A stretch of DNA of 64,000 bases from an uncultured Terrimonas sp. (GTDB lineage: Bacteria; Bacteroidota; Bacteroidia; Chitinophagales; Chitinophagaceae). The notes beneath the pieces were generated by a model, which did not search any database, was not told the origin of the DNA, and worked only from the letters and a program-made list of their open reading frames with translations. Positions 41,744-52,201 of the stretch are shown here, piece by piece. Within the stretch, counting starts at the first letter, position 1. Each line of letters opens with the position of its first letter. The stretch lies in contig CAZRYS010000028.1 of assembly GCA_964604365.1 (NCBI GenBank), forward strand, positions 3,032-67,031, in the 5' to 3' direction. Position numbers and translations under genes: made by a program.

Positions 41744-43642
41744 TTACTGATTGGGTTGTCTTACGATCAGCGGATTGCTAGCTATCACATTATCTACTAT
41801 CCTTGAATAGTAGTTACCCAACTGGAAGTTGTTTGCGCCGGTAACCGCTGGCAATAACACAATTTTGAACAGCCATTTTCCGTGATTAGCATTGCCCGGA
41901 TTATGATACCTATATGGCCACAGTGAGTATGGTTGGGTATTTCTTCTTTCTGCACTTCCCAGATTAGACAGCAGTTGAGATTCACTCATTTTCACCCCAT
42001 CCCATTTCTTTGTTGCCAATCGCCAGCGTTTCATATCAAATAAGAGGTGTCCTTCATAGGCTAGCTCAACTCTTCTTTCATGTACTATTCTATCGAATGT
42101 TATTTCCGCTGGAGAAAGCGGAATAGTTAAGCCCGCCCGCGCTCTTACTCTATTCATATAACCGGCAGCTACATCGGCTTGACTGAGTTCAAAAGCAGCT
42201 TCGGCAGCATTCAGGAGAACTTCTGCAAATCGGTAACGCTGGAACGGCACTTCACTATTAGTACCTCTGGAGCCGGCACCTGGTGTAGGATCCAAGTATT
42301 TACGAATATAAAAACCGCTCTGTGCGGTAAACTCCTTACCGGCCACTGGTCCATCCATACCCACTACCTGAACAGAAACATCAGAACCTGGCAGAAGACG
42401 CTGTACCCCACGATCGTCTCCGCTAATAATTGTACCATCACCCAGTTGATATCCAGCCCATATTTCCACCGCCCTACCTCTGAAGGTAGAACCGGGTGTA
42501 ATAACGGTTCCGGCTAAACGAGCATCTCTGCCCGCAAATAAATCTGTAGGATGGTCATAAAATATCGGATTGCCTGCCCCATCCGATATTGGAAGAGGTG
42601 CAAAAGTGTTGTCTGTCCTTTCGAATGCGTGAACAAGGTTTAATGATGGATTTAATCTCCCACCTTCCTCTTCTTCTGCACCATAACGGGGTTGATTCCA
42701 GCCTGTAAAATAGTGTACTTTTCCACTTCTTAATCGAAAGTCTTCAATGAAAATGGACTCCGGATTACTTGCTTTGTCCAGAAACGTACTCGCATAGTTG
42801 TCAGCCAAATCTGGTTTCAAATTGTACAAATCATATGCGCCAGCTTCTCCCTCTATAATCTGTTTAGCAGCCGTTAAAGCTTTTGCGTAATATGCGTCCG
42901 CCATGGCTGCAGGAATCCCAACTTCGCCACCGGGCAAAGATACCGCGGCCGTGGATGCACCGTATTTTGCAATAGATGCAGCGTATAATGCCGCCCTAGT
43001 TTGCATTGCTAATGCTGCGCCTTTTGAAACTCTTCCTTTAACAGCACTGTTTGCCGGAAGATCATTTTTTATGGCTTCTGTTTCTGAAATAATAAAATCA
43101 TATACTTCGTGCTCTTTGGCTCTTGGATGTTGCAGGTAGGTTGGGTCGCCCTTAAGATCATATTCCAATGACTCCAAAATAAGAGGGACGCCTCCCAGTC
43201 TTTTAACCATTTCAAAATAATAGTAGGCTCTCAGAAACCGACCTTCCGCGATAAAACGTTTTTGATCTTCACCGGACAGTGCCTTTGCAGCCTCGCATCG
43301 AACCAGAAAAAGATTGATCTCTCTCATAAAAGCGTATGCATCAAACCAGTTAAGCCCCCATTCGTCGTAGTTCCAGCTATTCCTTTGTACGATTCCAACC
43401 TGTCCATTTTCAGAAGGAAACGTTTCACTGAAATCTGCCATACTTGTCCAGCTTTTTACGGTAGTAACGTCCGGTAACCTGTTATAAAAATTAGCGAGAA
43501 TAGATAGGACAGCCGGGGCATCAGAAAATGCTGTCTCGTTATCAAGAATAGACAAAGGCTGTACATTCAAAAAGTCGCTGTCTTTTTTACAACCCGCCAC
43601 AGCCAGCGTGACCAATAGTAGATATATAAAATATTTTTTCAT
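41744..43642 (-). CDS. susD: SusD/RagB nutrient-binding lipoprotein
   Basis: VAGCKKD lipobox, EGRFLRAYYYFEMVK, RFAEVLLNAAEA, ERRVELAYEG. Confidence 0.95.
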   Translation of the reverse strand: MKKYFIYLLLVTLAVAGCKKDSDFLNVQPLSILDNETAFSDAPAVLSILANFYNRLPDVTTVKSWTSMADFSETFPSENGQVGIVQRNSWNYDEWGLNWFDAYAFMREINLFLVRCEAAKALSGEDQKRFIAEGRFLRAYYYFEMVKRLGGVPLILESLEYDLKGDPTYLQHPRAKEHEVYDFIISETEAIKNDLPANSAVKGRVSKGAALAMQTRAALYAASIAKYGASTAAVSLPGGEVGIPAAMADAYYAKALTAAKQIIEGEAGAYDLYNLKPDLADNYASTFLDKASNPESIFIEDFRLRSGKVHYFTGWNQPRYGAEEEEGGRLNPSLNLVHAFERTDNTFAPLPISDGAGNPIFYDHPTDLFAGRDARLAGTVITPGSTFRGRAVEIWAGYQLGDGTIISGDDRGVQRLLPGSDVSVQVVGMDGPVAGKEFTAQSGFYIRKYLDPTPGAGSRGTNSEVPFQRYRFAEVLLNAAEAAFELSQADVAAGYMNRVRARAGLTIPLSPAEITFDRIVHERRVELAYEGHLLFDMKRWRLATKKWDGVKMSESQLLSNLGSAERRNTQPYSLWPYRYHNPGNANHGKWLFKIVLLPAVTGANNFQLGNYYSRIVDNVIASNPLIVRQPNQ

Positions 43643-43676
43643 TTTCTAATCTTTAATAATAACTAAACTGTCTCGT

Positions 43677-46600
43677 TTAAAATGAAAGGTTAACGCCAAA
43701 ATTCACTACCCGACTTTGTGGAAATTGCAACCCATTTGCCTCATTCACCTCCGGATCCAGACCAAATTCTTTCATGTTATCGATAGAGAAAAGGTTGTAC
43801 ACATTGGCGTACACTCTTGCACGTTGCATTTTTACCTTAGCAAGCCAATGTGCAGGCATGGTGTAACCCAACTCAAATGTTCTGGCACGCAGGTACCTCA
43901 GATTGTGCACCCAATAAGTTGAATTTCTATTGTTGTTGCTGTGCCCCGATTCATTAAATCTATTGGCGGGATAACGTCCGGGTACCCATTCACTATTGAG
44001 ATCGTAAGGGTCGGTCCTGTGCCACCTGTCTTCAAAAATCCTATTGAGGTTACCGTCATTCTGAAAAGCCCAGCGAGTTTCCCAGTTTTGAGACCAGGAG
44101 TACCCCGCACCTCCCGAAAAATCGGCCGTGAAATCAAATCCGTTGTAGGCAAGTCCTATACTAAAGCCAAAATTGAGGTTGGGTAAGTTTCCTTCCGCAT
44201 ATCCTATAGGACGCTCATCATACCCATTAATCACCCCATCATTATTGAAGTCTTTATAAATCAGATCACCTGGTACAAGCGTCCGGTTGCCCCTGCCATC
44301 AATGTTAACCGGATAGTTGTTGATTTCCTCGAAAGATTGAAATTGACCTATTGTCTCATAGCCCCACATGATTTTCGTGAATCTGTTTTCATTGGCACTG
44401 CGGTATTTATCCCATGAGTTGAAAAACATTGGATTGTAAGGGGTAAGGAATTTCGATCTCGAATAAGTAATATTTCCACTTACTCTAAAGGCTACTTTGT
44501 TAAACATCTCATTGTAGGACAAAGCCAGTTCCTGACCGTATTGCGCATCAGTTTCCAAATTTTCCATGGGTAAACTATACCCTATTTCCTGAGGCACCAA
44601 CACGTCATCCTTTGTTCGGATAAGTCCGGATCTTTTACGATGAAAATATTCAACCGACCCAGTCAATTTGCTATTGAAAAAAGCAAAGTCAACCGCAATA
44701 TTTCTCATAGCACTCTTCAACCAGGTAATATTCGTTGTTGGTACTCCTCTGTCTCTCGAACCTACCACCGTGGCTCCATCTAGAATGGCAATCCCCTGAT
44801 TATAATCGTATCCGGCGATATACCTGAAAGCTCCCAAACCTAGGCGGGTACCGTCGTCTCCCAAAATTCCGTAGGAGGCTCTAATTTTAATGTCATCAAC
44901 TATAGTATTACTACCAAGAAGATTTTTCATAAAAGATTCTTCGCTAATACGCCATGCAGCCGAAACAGAAGGAAAATATCCTACCCGGTTATCAGGCGGA
45001 AATATATAGGAGGCGTCTCTTCTACCCGAGAGTTCCAGAAGGTATTTATCGTCATATGCGTAGTTCAAACGGGCTATGTAGCCAACTCTTGCCTCGCGGA
45101 AATCTTCATCAGTATAGGTATCTGCTGTATTAAAATAAATCAACGGTAATGTATTCGAACTGGGAACCGAATGTATCCAGTTTCGAATCGTAGTATTTGA
45201 AATGCGCTCATTTACAAAAGTAAAGGCAACATCATGTAGGCCAAATGATCTTTTATAATTCAATTGGAGCTGCGTAGTTATATTATTAACTTTTCTCTGA
45301 TCTCTTTCCCTCCATGGATTGGTACTGCCGCCTGTATGCACATATTCATCAGTGTCTTGCCGATAAGTGTAGGTTTTATATGTATACTCATGATTATTCA
45401 GTAACCTATCTGCCAAATAATAAGAATACATACCATTAATAGAGAGACCTTTCACCCAGGGAATGTCATACTCCGCTGAAAAATTAGCTTGTAGTACCCG
45501 CCAATCGTCTTTATACTTACCCGCATGTTTATAATTCAGATAAGCCCAATTGGTTTCATTATGCTGGATATCGTTTAAATAGTCAGGATTATCGTTGGCG
45601 TAAGGTCTCTTTAGCGGCGTGTTCCTCAAGATAGCGAACCTCGCCAACCAATAATCATCTGTGCCAGGTACGCCGGGGTTTTCCCGTGTTTCTATCCTCC
45701 CGTTCACCATCATTCCCAATTTCAATCCATTGCCTACTTTTGCATTTACATTGCTTTGAATATTGGTCCTTTTAAATAAATACTCACGACCTAGAGGAGA
45801 GTTTTGATACAAATTTGTTGCAGAAATATAATAATTAAGCTTATCTGTTCCGCCCGTAGCATTAATGTTAAAAGAATTCATCGGGGCATTAGGCTTGATA
45901 ATAAAGTCTTTCCAATTAAAGCTTTGATAGCCCAATTCTGTTCCCTCTCTGTATTTTTCAAGTTCTTCCGGGGTGATAATGGTTGTTCCATAACGATTCA
46001 TTTCAGCTTCGGCTCTATACTTCATGTAGTCGTATGAGTTGTTCAACACCTTTGGAAATCGGGTCCAATTTTGAAAACCCATAAAAGCATCTACATTTAT
46101 GCGATTGCCGGAATTAGCCCGTCCTTTTTTTGTAGTTACTACTACTACTCCGTTTGCAGCACGCATACCGTATATAGCTGCAGAGGCATCTTTAAGCACA
46201 GAAATAGACTCAATATCATTCGGCGCCAGGTTATTGAACTGGCCGGCATCCTGTTGAATTCCATCTATCACAAATAATGCATCGCCCATTCCACGAATCT
46301 GCACATTGGCAGACGCCCCTGGTCGACCGTCTGGCATTCGAAAAGAAACGCCCGGTAGCTTTCCCGCCAATGTTGTACTAACAGTTGAACCACCGTGTAC
46401 TCTGGCTATATCGTCTGATGTAATAGTTGAAACAGAACCTGTTAGTGACTGCTTCTTTTGTGTACCGTAGCCTACCACTACCACTTCATCCATGCTGGTA
46501 CTACTTTCCTCCATTATAACTTCCAGTTGAGTGTTGTTACCAACTTGGATCTCCTTTTGAAGATATCCAACCGAACTAAATACAAGAACAGTGCGTTGGG

Positions 46601-46847
46601 ACGCCACATTAATAGAAAAACTTCCTTCCATATCTGTGATGGATTTCTTTTGCGTCCCTTTTTCAGAAACAGTCACATTTGGCAGTCCAACGCCCAGACT
46701 ATCAAGTACTTTACCCGTAACAGTAATTGGTTCTTGGGCCTGCGTAAGGCTCGAAAAGGCTACCAATAGAACAATAGAAAGAAAATGTCTGTAACGCCGA
46801 AGTGGTATGGTGCGTGGCCAATACCGAAGTGAATTGCCTACTTTCAT
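43677..46847 (-). CDS. susC: SusC/RagA TonB-dependent transporter
   Basis: EVVVVGYGTQKK, VLKDASAAIYG..AANGVVVVTTKKG, C-terminal FGVNLSF. Confidence 0.96.
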   Translation of the reverse strand: MKVGNSLRYWPRTIPLRRYRHFLSIVLLVAFSSLTQAQEPITVTGKVLDSLGVGLPNVTVSEKGTQKKSITDMEGSFSINVASQRTVLVFSSVGYLQKEIQVGNNTQLEVIMEESSTSMDEVVVVGYGTQKKQSLTGSVSTITSDDIARVHGGSTVSTTLAGKLPGVSFRMPDGRPGASANVQIRGMGDALFVIDGIQQDAGQFNNLAPNDIESISVLKDASAAIYGMRAANGVVVVTTKKGRANSGNRINVDAFMGFQNWTRFPKVLNNSYDYMKYRAEAEMNRYGTTIITPEELEKYREGTELGYQSFNWKDFIIKPNAPMNSFNINATGGTDKLNYYISATNLYQNSPLGREYLFKRTNIQSNVNAKVGNGLKLGMMVNGRIETRENPGVPGTDDYWLARFAILRNTPLKRPYANDNPDYLNDIQHNETNWAYLNYKHAGKYKDDWRVLQANFSAEYDIPWVKGLSINGMYSYYLADRLLNNHEYTYKTYTYRQDTDEYVHTGGSTNPWRERDQRKVNNITTQLQLNYKRSFGLHDVAFTFVNERISNTTIRNWIHSVPSSNTLPLIYFNTADTYTDEDFREARVGYIARLNYAYDDKYLLELSGRRDASYIFPPDNRVGYFPSVSAAWRISEESFMKNLLGSNTIVDDIKIRASYGILGDDGTRLGLGAFRYIAGYDYNQGIAILDGATVVGSRDRGVPTTNITWLKSAMRNIAVDFAFFNSKLTGSVEYFHRKRSGLIRTKDDVLVPQEIGYSLPMENLETDAQYGQELALSYNEMFNKVAFRVSGNITYSRSKFLTPYNPMFFNSWDKYRSANENRFTKIMWGYETIGQFQSFEEINNYPVNIDGRGNRTLVPGDLIYKDFNNDGVINGYDERPIGYAEGNLPNLNFGFSIGLAYNGFDFTADFSGGAGYSWSQNWETRWAFQNDGNLNRIFEDRWHRTDPYDLNSEWVPGRYPANRFNESGHSNNNRNSTYWVHNLRYLRARTFELGYTMPAHWLAKVKMQRARVYANVYNLFSIDNMKEFGLDPEVNEANGLQFPQSRVVNFGVNLSF

Positions 46848-46878
46848 ATAGCAGATGTTGGTTGTTTAAAAAATTAAC

Positions 46879-46898
46879 TCATGGAAACGTTTCCATGA
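46879..46898. promoter_or_regulatory. LacI-type operator upstream of susC
   Basis: Perfect 20-bp palindrome TCATGGAAAC-GTTTCCATGA with the central AAACGTTT typical of LacI sites, 32 bp from the susC ATG. Confidence 0.8.
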
Positions 46899-46948
46899 CA
46901 ATCGTGGAGTGAAGTAAAAAAGATTTCCTGTTTTCTCTTCGCTCTTGC

Positions 46949-46975
46949 GTCTCAATCATTCATCATTTTGTATCA
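46949..46975 (-). promoter_or_regulatory. Candidate AraC/HTCS activator site
   Basis: Minus strand TGATAC ... TGAGAC, spaced 21 bp, upstream of the putative susC promoter. Confidence 0.45.
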
Positions 46976-47005
46976 TGGATAGAACTGCTGAAATTTGAGC
47001 AGAAT

Positions 47006-50000
47006 ATGAGACGATCTTTTTTTCTAATAATTTTTGTTTTAGGTTTTGGCAATGCCTTTGCCCAAGGCTACTATTTTCGGCATTATCAGGTGGAAGACGG
47101 ACTATCACACAACACCGTTTTCAGCAGCCTGCAGGACTCGATGGGTTTTATGTGGTTTGGAACAAAAGATGGACTCAACAGGTTTGACGGCAGGCATTTT
47201 AAATCGTTTCATAAAGTAGCTTCGGATAGCTCAAGCCTGGGAAATAATAATATTTATGCCCTTTTTGAAGATCGCAAAAAACACCTTTGGGTGGGCACTG
47301 CCGCTGGGCTCTATTTGTATAACCCCAAATTTGAAAACTTTAAAAAAATCTCCAAAGGACAAGGTATAGTTAACAACATCAGAGATGATTCTGTGGGAAA
47401 TATATGGTACCTTATGAGCGGCACGTTATATAGATACGATACAGAAACGGGCAACGACACACCGATGCTGCAAAATGCCATCAGCTATTTTACGATTGCT
47501 GCAGATGATAAGGTTTGGTACGGTACGCAGAGTACTTTACGATGTTTTGATCCGTCCTTTGGTTTTGAAACCCAATACACCGTACCGTCAGAAAGCAGAA
47601 GAAACGCTGTTATTGTGCAAGCAATCAGCGAGGCTAACGACGTCGAATTGCTTATCGGCACCAATAATTACGGACTGCTCGTTTTTAATAGACTAAGTGG
47701 TGAATTTACTCCAGTTATCACTAAAACTGAAAACAATATCCAGCTTTTTGTAAGATGCATTATACAACCTGACGAAGACGAGTACTGGTTGGGTACGGAA
47801 GCGGGCATATATATATACAATCATGTAACAAAGGCGATCATTCATCTCAATAAATCTTTTACCAACCCTTACTCGTTATCCGACAATGCTGTCTATACCC
47901 TTATTAAAGACAAGGAAGGGGGTATTTGGGCGGGCACTTATTTTGGAGGTGTCAATTATTTTGCACCGCAGTACACTGCTTTTGAAAAATATATGTCGGA
48001 AAATACTCCGTCGACAATTAGTGGGAATGCTGTCAGAGAAATTTGTGAGGACGATGATGGTAATCTTTGGATAGGGACGGAGGATAACGGTCTCAACAAA
48101 TTAAATAAGCAGACGAACACATTTACTCATTTTTTACCCCAAAAAAAACAAAAAGGTATAACCCACTATAATATTCACGGCTTGTTATACACTGACAATG
48201 ACTTGTGGATCGGGCTTTTTGAACATGGAATTGACATTCTGGATACAAAGTCGGGAAAAATAAAAAAACATTTTGATCTCGGCACACCTGGCGTTTCTAA
48301 TAATTTTTTTCTAAGCTTTTGCAAAACGTCTTCTGGCGATATTTATGCGGGTAATGGCATTGAACTACTTCGGTTTGATAAGAACACTGATAGTTTCGAA
48401 AAGATAGATTTTCCACCAGCCTATATGCACCATATAATGGAGGATAAAGCCGGCCGCTTATGGATTAGCACGCACACGATGGGCTTACTCCTCTATGATC
48501 CGGCTACTGGAGAAAAACAGATATTTCAACATAATCCATCAGAACAAAGTATAAGTGGTAACAAAGTCAATAGTAGTTTTGAAGACATTGATGGTAATGT
48601 ATGGGTGGCTACAGGTGGATCAGGATTAAATAAATTGAATCCTGCAACGAAAGAGTTTGTGCACTATAATACAGAAAATGGGTTACCTTCTAATTATATT
48701 TTTAATATCCTGCAAGACAGTCTACGCAACCTTTGGATATCTACCAGCCGGGGATTGGTACAACTCAACCCATCGAACGACTATATGACTATGTACACGA
48801 CGGCAAACGGGTTACTCAACGACCAGTTTAATTATAGCTCTGCCTATAAAGATAAAAATGGAAAACTATATTTTGGAAGTGTAAAGGGCATGATCGGATT
48901 TAATCCTCCCGATTTTTATGTAGGCAATTTCAACCCCCCGATTTATATAACCGGTATCAACGTTCAAAATACCCCTCTTGTATTGAAAGATCCGAAGACG
49001 GGTAATAACGCTGCTGTAATTTCCATTCCTGATATAGCATTATCGTACAATCAAAACTCCTTCAGTATTGATTTTGCTTCTCTAAGTTATACAGCTCCAG
49101 AAATGACACAATATGCTTACCGAATGTTGGGAATACAAAAAAACTGGAATAATGTTGGGCAAACTGGAACAGCGTTTTTCACAGACGTTCGCCCAGGGTC
49201 ATATGTTTTTGAGGTGAAGGGCATGGGCAATAACCACCAATGGAGTAGTCAACCTGCCACTATAACCATCACTATACACCCGCCCTGGTGGCTAAACAAA
49301 CTAGCCTATTTCACATATACAATCGTCGCCAGTTGCCTGGCAGCAGTAATATTTTATTTCTTTAACAGCCGTATCCGGCAAAAAAACATGCTTCGGCTCG
49401 AACAACTTGCACATGAAAAAGACAAGGAGTTATACGAAGCCAAAATGAATTTCTTCTCTGAAGTAGCACACGAAATTAAAACACCGCTTACACTGATATC
49501 CGCTCCTTTGGAAAAGTTAACCCAACTTCCTGACCAATCTTTAAGTGCTCAGAAACAGTTGCAAACTATGCAAAGAAATACCAACAGATTGATCGCTCTT
49601 ACCAACCAACTGCTCGACTTCCGGCTTACCGAATCTAAGGGGTATACGCTGGAGTTTTCGAATGCTAACGTCAGCAGATTACTGGCGGAATCTTTTATCA
49701 GTTTTAAACCAATCGCCGAAAAACAAAGCCTGGCATACAGATTAGAAATGCCCCAGGATATAGTGTATGCAAAAGTTGACGAAGATGCTATTGAGAAAAT
49801 AATTAGTAACCTGCTGAGTAATGCGCTGAAGTATGCGAATACAAAGATTCTGGTGAAGATGATAAAACAAGAAAAGCGTTTTAGCATGGTTTTCTTCAAC
49901 GATGGACCCAGTATTCCGAAAGACAAAATAGAAAGGATTTTCGAGCCATTTTTCAGTCTCAAACAAGGACGCAAAACGAAGGGAACAGGAATCGGGCTTG

Positions 50001-50101
50001 CACTTAGCCGCAACCTGGCTGCCTTACACAGCGGAACGCTTACCTTGAAATCGGAGAAAGATGCAGGCTGTAGTTTTGAAGTACAGATTCCGCTGAATTG
50101 A
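47006..50101 (+). CDS. HTCS-type sensor histidine kinase (beta-propeller/Y_Y_Y, TM, HisKA, HATPase), no receiver domain
   Basis: GLSHNTV, WFGTKDGLNRFDG, TM near residue 770, EVAHEIKTPL, NLLSNALKY, GTGIGL. Confidence 0.93.
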   Translation: MRRSFFLIIFVLGFGNAFAQGYYFRHYQVEDGLSHNTVFSSLQDSMGFMWFGTKDGLNRFDGRHFKSFHKVASDSSSLGNNNIYALFEDRKKHLWVGTAAGLYLYNPKFENFKKISKGQGIVNNIRDDSVGNIWYLMSGTLYRYDTETGNDTPMLQNAISYFTIAADDKVWYGTQSTLRCFDPSFGFETQYTVPSESRRNAVIVQAISEANDVELLIGTNNYGLLVFNRLSGEFTPVITKTENNIQLFVRCIIQPDEDEYWLGTEAGIYIYNHVTKAIIHLNKSFTNPYSLSDNAVYTLIKDKEGGIWAGTYFGGVNYFAPQYTAFEKYMSENTPSTISGNAVREICEDDDGNLWIGTEDNGLNKLNKQTNTFTHFLPQKKQKGITHYNIHGLLYTDNDLWIGLFEHGIDILDTKSGKIKKHFDLGTPGVSNNFFLSFCKTSSGDIYAGNGIELLRFDKNTDSFEKIDFPPAYMHHIMEDKAGRLWISTHTMGLLLYDPATGEKQIFQHNPSEQSISGNKVNSSFEDIDGNVWVATGGSGLNKLNPATKEFVHYNTENGLPSNYIFNILQDSLRNLWISTSRGLVQLNPSNDYMTMYTTANGLLNDQFNYSSAYKDKNGKLYFGSVKGMIGFNPPDFYVGNFNPPIYITGINVQNTPLVLKDPKTGNNAAVISIPDIALSYNQNSFSIDFASLSYTAPEMTQYAYRMLGIQKNWNNVGQTGTAFFTDVRPGSYVFEVKGMGNNHQWSSQPATITITIHPPWWLNKLAYFTYTIVASCLAAVIFYFFNSRIRQKNMLRLEQLAHEKDKELYEAKMNFFSEVAHEIKTPLTLISAPLEKLTQLPDQSLSAQKQLQTMQRNTNRLIALTNQLLDFRLTESKGYTLEFSNANVSRLLAESFISFKPIAEKQSLAYRLEMPQDIVYAKVDEDAIEKIISNLLSNALKYANTKILVKMIKQEKRFSMVFFNDGPSIPKDKIERIFEPFFSLKQGRKTKGTGIGLALSRNLAALHSGTLTLKSEKDAGCSFEVQIPLN

Positions 50102-50113
50102 AAACAAAAAATG

Positions 50114-50122
50114 TAACCTTTG
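50114..50122 (+). promoter_or_regulatory. Bacteroidota -7 promoter element for the response regulator
   Basis: TAACCTTTG (TAnnTTTG-like) in the 38-bp gap between the kinase and the regulator. Confidence 0.55.
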
Positions 50123-50139
50123 CGGGTTGAATACAACAT

Positions 50140-50895
50140 ATGGCGATTCGTTTGCTTATAGTAGATGACCACGACGAAATCCTGGATTTTCTGAGAGATG
50201 AATTGCAGGACAAGTACCTGTTACACCTGGTGTCTGATGGGGCTGTGGCGCTTAAAGTGCTGCAAGAAGAGATGATTGATCTTGTAATTAGTGATGTAAT
50301 GATGCCTGACTTAGATGGTTTTGAACTGTGTAAACGTATAAAGACCAATGCTCTTTTCAGCCATATACCGGTTGTACTGCTAACGGCAAAAAACACACTT
50401 CAATCAAAAGTAGAAGGACTTGAGCTGGGAGCTGATGCCTACATTGAAAAACCTTTCTCTCCCGCTCACCTGCAGGCGCAAATTAGCAGCTTATTGAGTA
50501 ACCGGCAGCGCTTTCGGGAACACTTTATTACCAGTCCGGATTCCGCGGTTGGTATTACACATCCTGATAAACAGTTTATGGAAGAGTTGACACAGACAAT
50601 ACTACAGCATATAGACGACTCGAATCTGGATGTTGAAAGGTTGGCTATGTTGTTGAACATCAGCCGACCGACGCTGTACCGTAAGATAAAAAGTATTTCG
50701 CAGTTGTCCCCGCACGAACTGATTAACATTACCCGGTTGAAAAAGGCTGCCCAATTGCTAACGCTCGGGCAATATCGCATAATTGAAATTGCCGATATGG
50801 TTGGATTCCAGTCACAAACCAATTTCGGTAGAAATTTTTCGAAACAGTTTGGAATGACTCCCAGCGAGTATGCACAGCAAAACAGGAGTATATAA
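50140..50895 (+). CDS. Response regulator (REC + AraC HTH)
   Basis: LIVDD, ISDVMMP, LLTAK, SRPTLYRKIK, FGRNFSKQFGMTPSEY. Confidence 0.95.
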   Translation: MAIRLLIVDDHDEILDFLRDELQDKYLLHLVSDGAVALKVLQEEMIDLVISDVMMPDLDGFELCKRIKTNALFSHIPVVLLTAKNTLQSKVEGLELGADAYIEKPFSPAHLQAQISSLLSNRQRFREHFITSPDSAVGITHPDKQFMEELTQTILQHIDDSNLDVERLAMLLNISRPTLYRKIKSISQLSPHELINITRLKKAAQLLTLGQYRIIEIADMVGFQSQTNFGRNFSKQFGMTPSEYAQQNRSI

Positions 50896-50904
50896 CGATG
50901 CAGA

Positions 50905-52191
50905 TTATCTGCCCAATTGCGAAGTATCCACCCGCGAAGGAGTGTCTTCTCCAGACACAATAGTTCTGGAGCTAAGTGCAATTGCTTTGATAATTTCTGT
51001 CATATTCACCAGGTCCAATGTGTGTACTTCGTCGCCTACAGTGTGGTAATAAGGCTCACTATCCATTTTAGAGGTGGAAATAGTATGTGCAGGAACGCCC
51101 AGCATAGCTAAAGTAGCATTGTCCGACCGATAGAATAGCTGTTGATCGGGATAAGGGTCAGGATGAAATTTGAAGCTGGTACCTACAAGGTTTTTTTCCA
51201 GAATCTCCCCCATATCGCTTTTGTCGTAGCCGGTGATATAGGCCGAATTTTTGCCCCATTTACTATCTGTGCCAATCATTTCAATGTTGAACATGGCCAC
51301 TACTTTTTCAGGAGAAAATTGTTGAGAAAAATATTGAGAGCCATATCCGCCCGTTTCTTCCGCAGTAAAGGCAGCAAAAATGATGGTGCGTTCATTATTT
51401 TTTAAACGTCTGAAATAATCCGCCAATGCGATAACGGCTGTGATGCCTGCAGCATCATCATTGGCACCATTAAATATAGAATCGCCTTGTTCATTGGGTT
51501 TGCCGATACCCAGGTGATCGTAATGCCCGGAAAAAATTACATACTCGTCTTTTTTACTTTTGCCGGGTAAGATTCCCACTACGTTTTTTAATTTTTTGGG
51601 AGTAATGGTGTGATTTATTTCAAACGAGTAGATTTCGGGAAGGTCCTCGGTCAAGACAAAAACGACATTTGATTTATTGGCAAAGGTTTCTCTTTTAAAA
51701 CGCATCAGGTTGGGAAATGCCGCCGCATGTGATTTATTCACCCATACGATTGTGTTTTCTGAAGATTGAATAAATCCATATGCGGAACGAAATAGGTTAT
51801 CGCCCATTCCTATGACGGCGGCTTTATAATCCGATTTATCAGTTAAGGAAATCTTTTCCTGTGTGGTAATCGCAATAATATTTTGAGGATCTATTGATGC
51901 TCCATTGATAGTGCCCGCAGCACTATTTTGTTTTGGTTCTACCAACTCAAATTCCTGGAAATAAGTTCCGGTTTCCAGTGGCTGCAGTTTAGCTTTTTTA
52001 AACTCCGCTGCAATAAATGCAGCCGCTTTTTCTATACCGGGCGTAAAAATAGCCCGACCTTGCATGTCATCAGAAGCCAGAGCTGTCTCAACTTTTGTAA
52101 TTTTTTTTACTTTAATATACTTGTCAACCTTTTGGGCTTGACCAACAACAAGTCCATGTACAACAATAGCCGTCAGTAATAGTTTTTTCAT
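50905..52191 (-). CDS. M28 family metallopeptidase
   Basis: GHYDHLG, NGANDDAAG, FTAEETG, NIEMIG, YHTVGD. Confidence 0.92.
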   Translation of the reverse strand: MKKLLLTAIVVHGLVVGQAQKVDKYIKVKKITKVETALASDDMQGRAIFTPGIEKAAAFIAAEFKKAKLQPLETGTYFQEFELVEPKQNSAAGTINGASIDPQNIIAITTQEKISLTDKSDYKAAVIGMGDNLFRSAYGFIQSSENTIVWVNKSHAAAFPNLMRFKRETFANKSNVVFVLTEDLPEIYSFEINHTITPKKLKNVVGILPGKSKKDEYVIFSGHYDHLGIGKPNEQGDSIFNGANDDAAGITAVIALADYFRRLKNNERTIIFAAFTAEETGGYGSQYFSQQFSPEKVVAMFNIEMIGTDSKWGKNSAYITGYDKSDMGEILEKNLVGTSFKFHPDPYPDQQLFYRSDNATLAMLGVPAHTISTSKMDSEPYYHTVGDEVHTLDLVNMTEIIKAIALSSRTIVSGEDTPSRVDTSQLGR

Positions 52192-52201
52192 TCTTATACA
52201 T

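Noticed and set aside
50096-50142. Sequencing frameshift splitting an HTCS
   Set aside because: The kinase ends at a natural domain boundary, the usual linker is absent, and a promoter-like element precedes the second gene.
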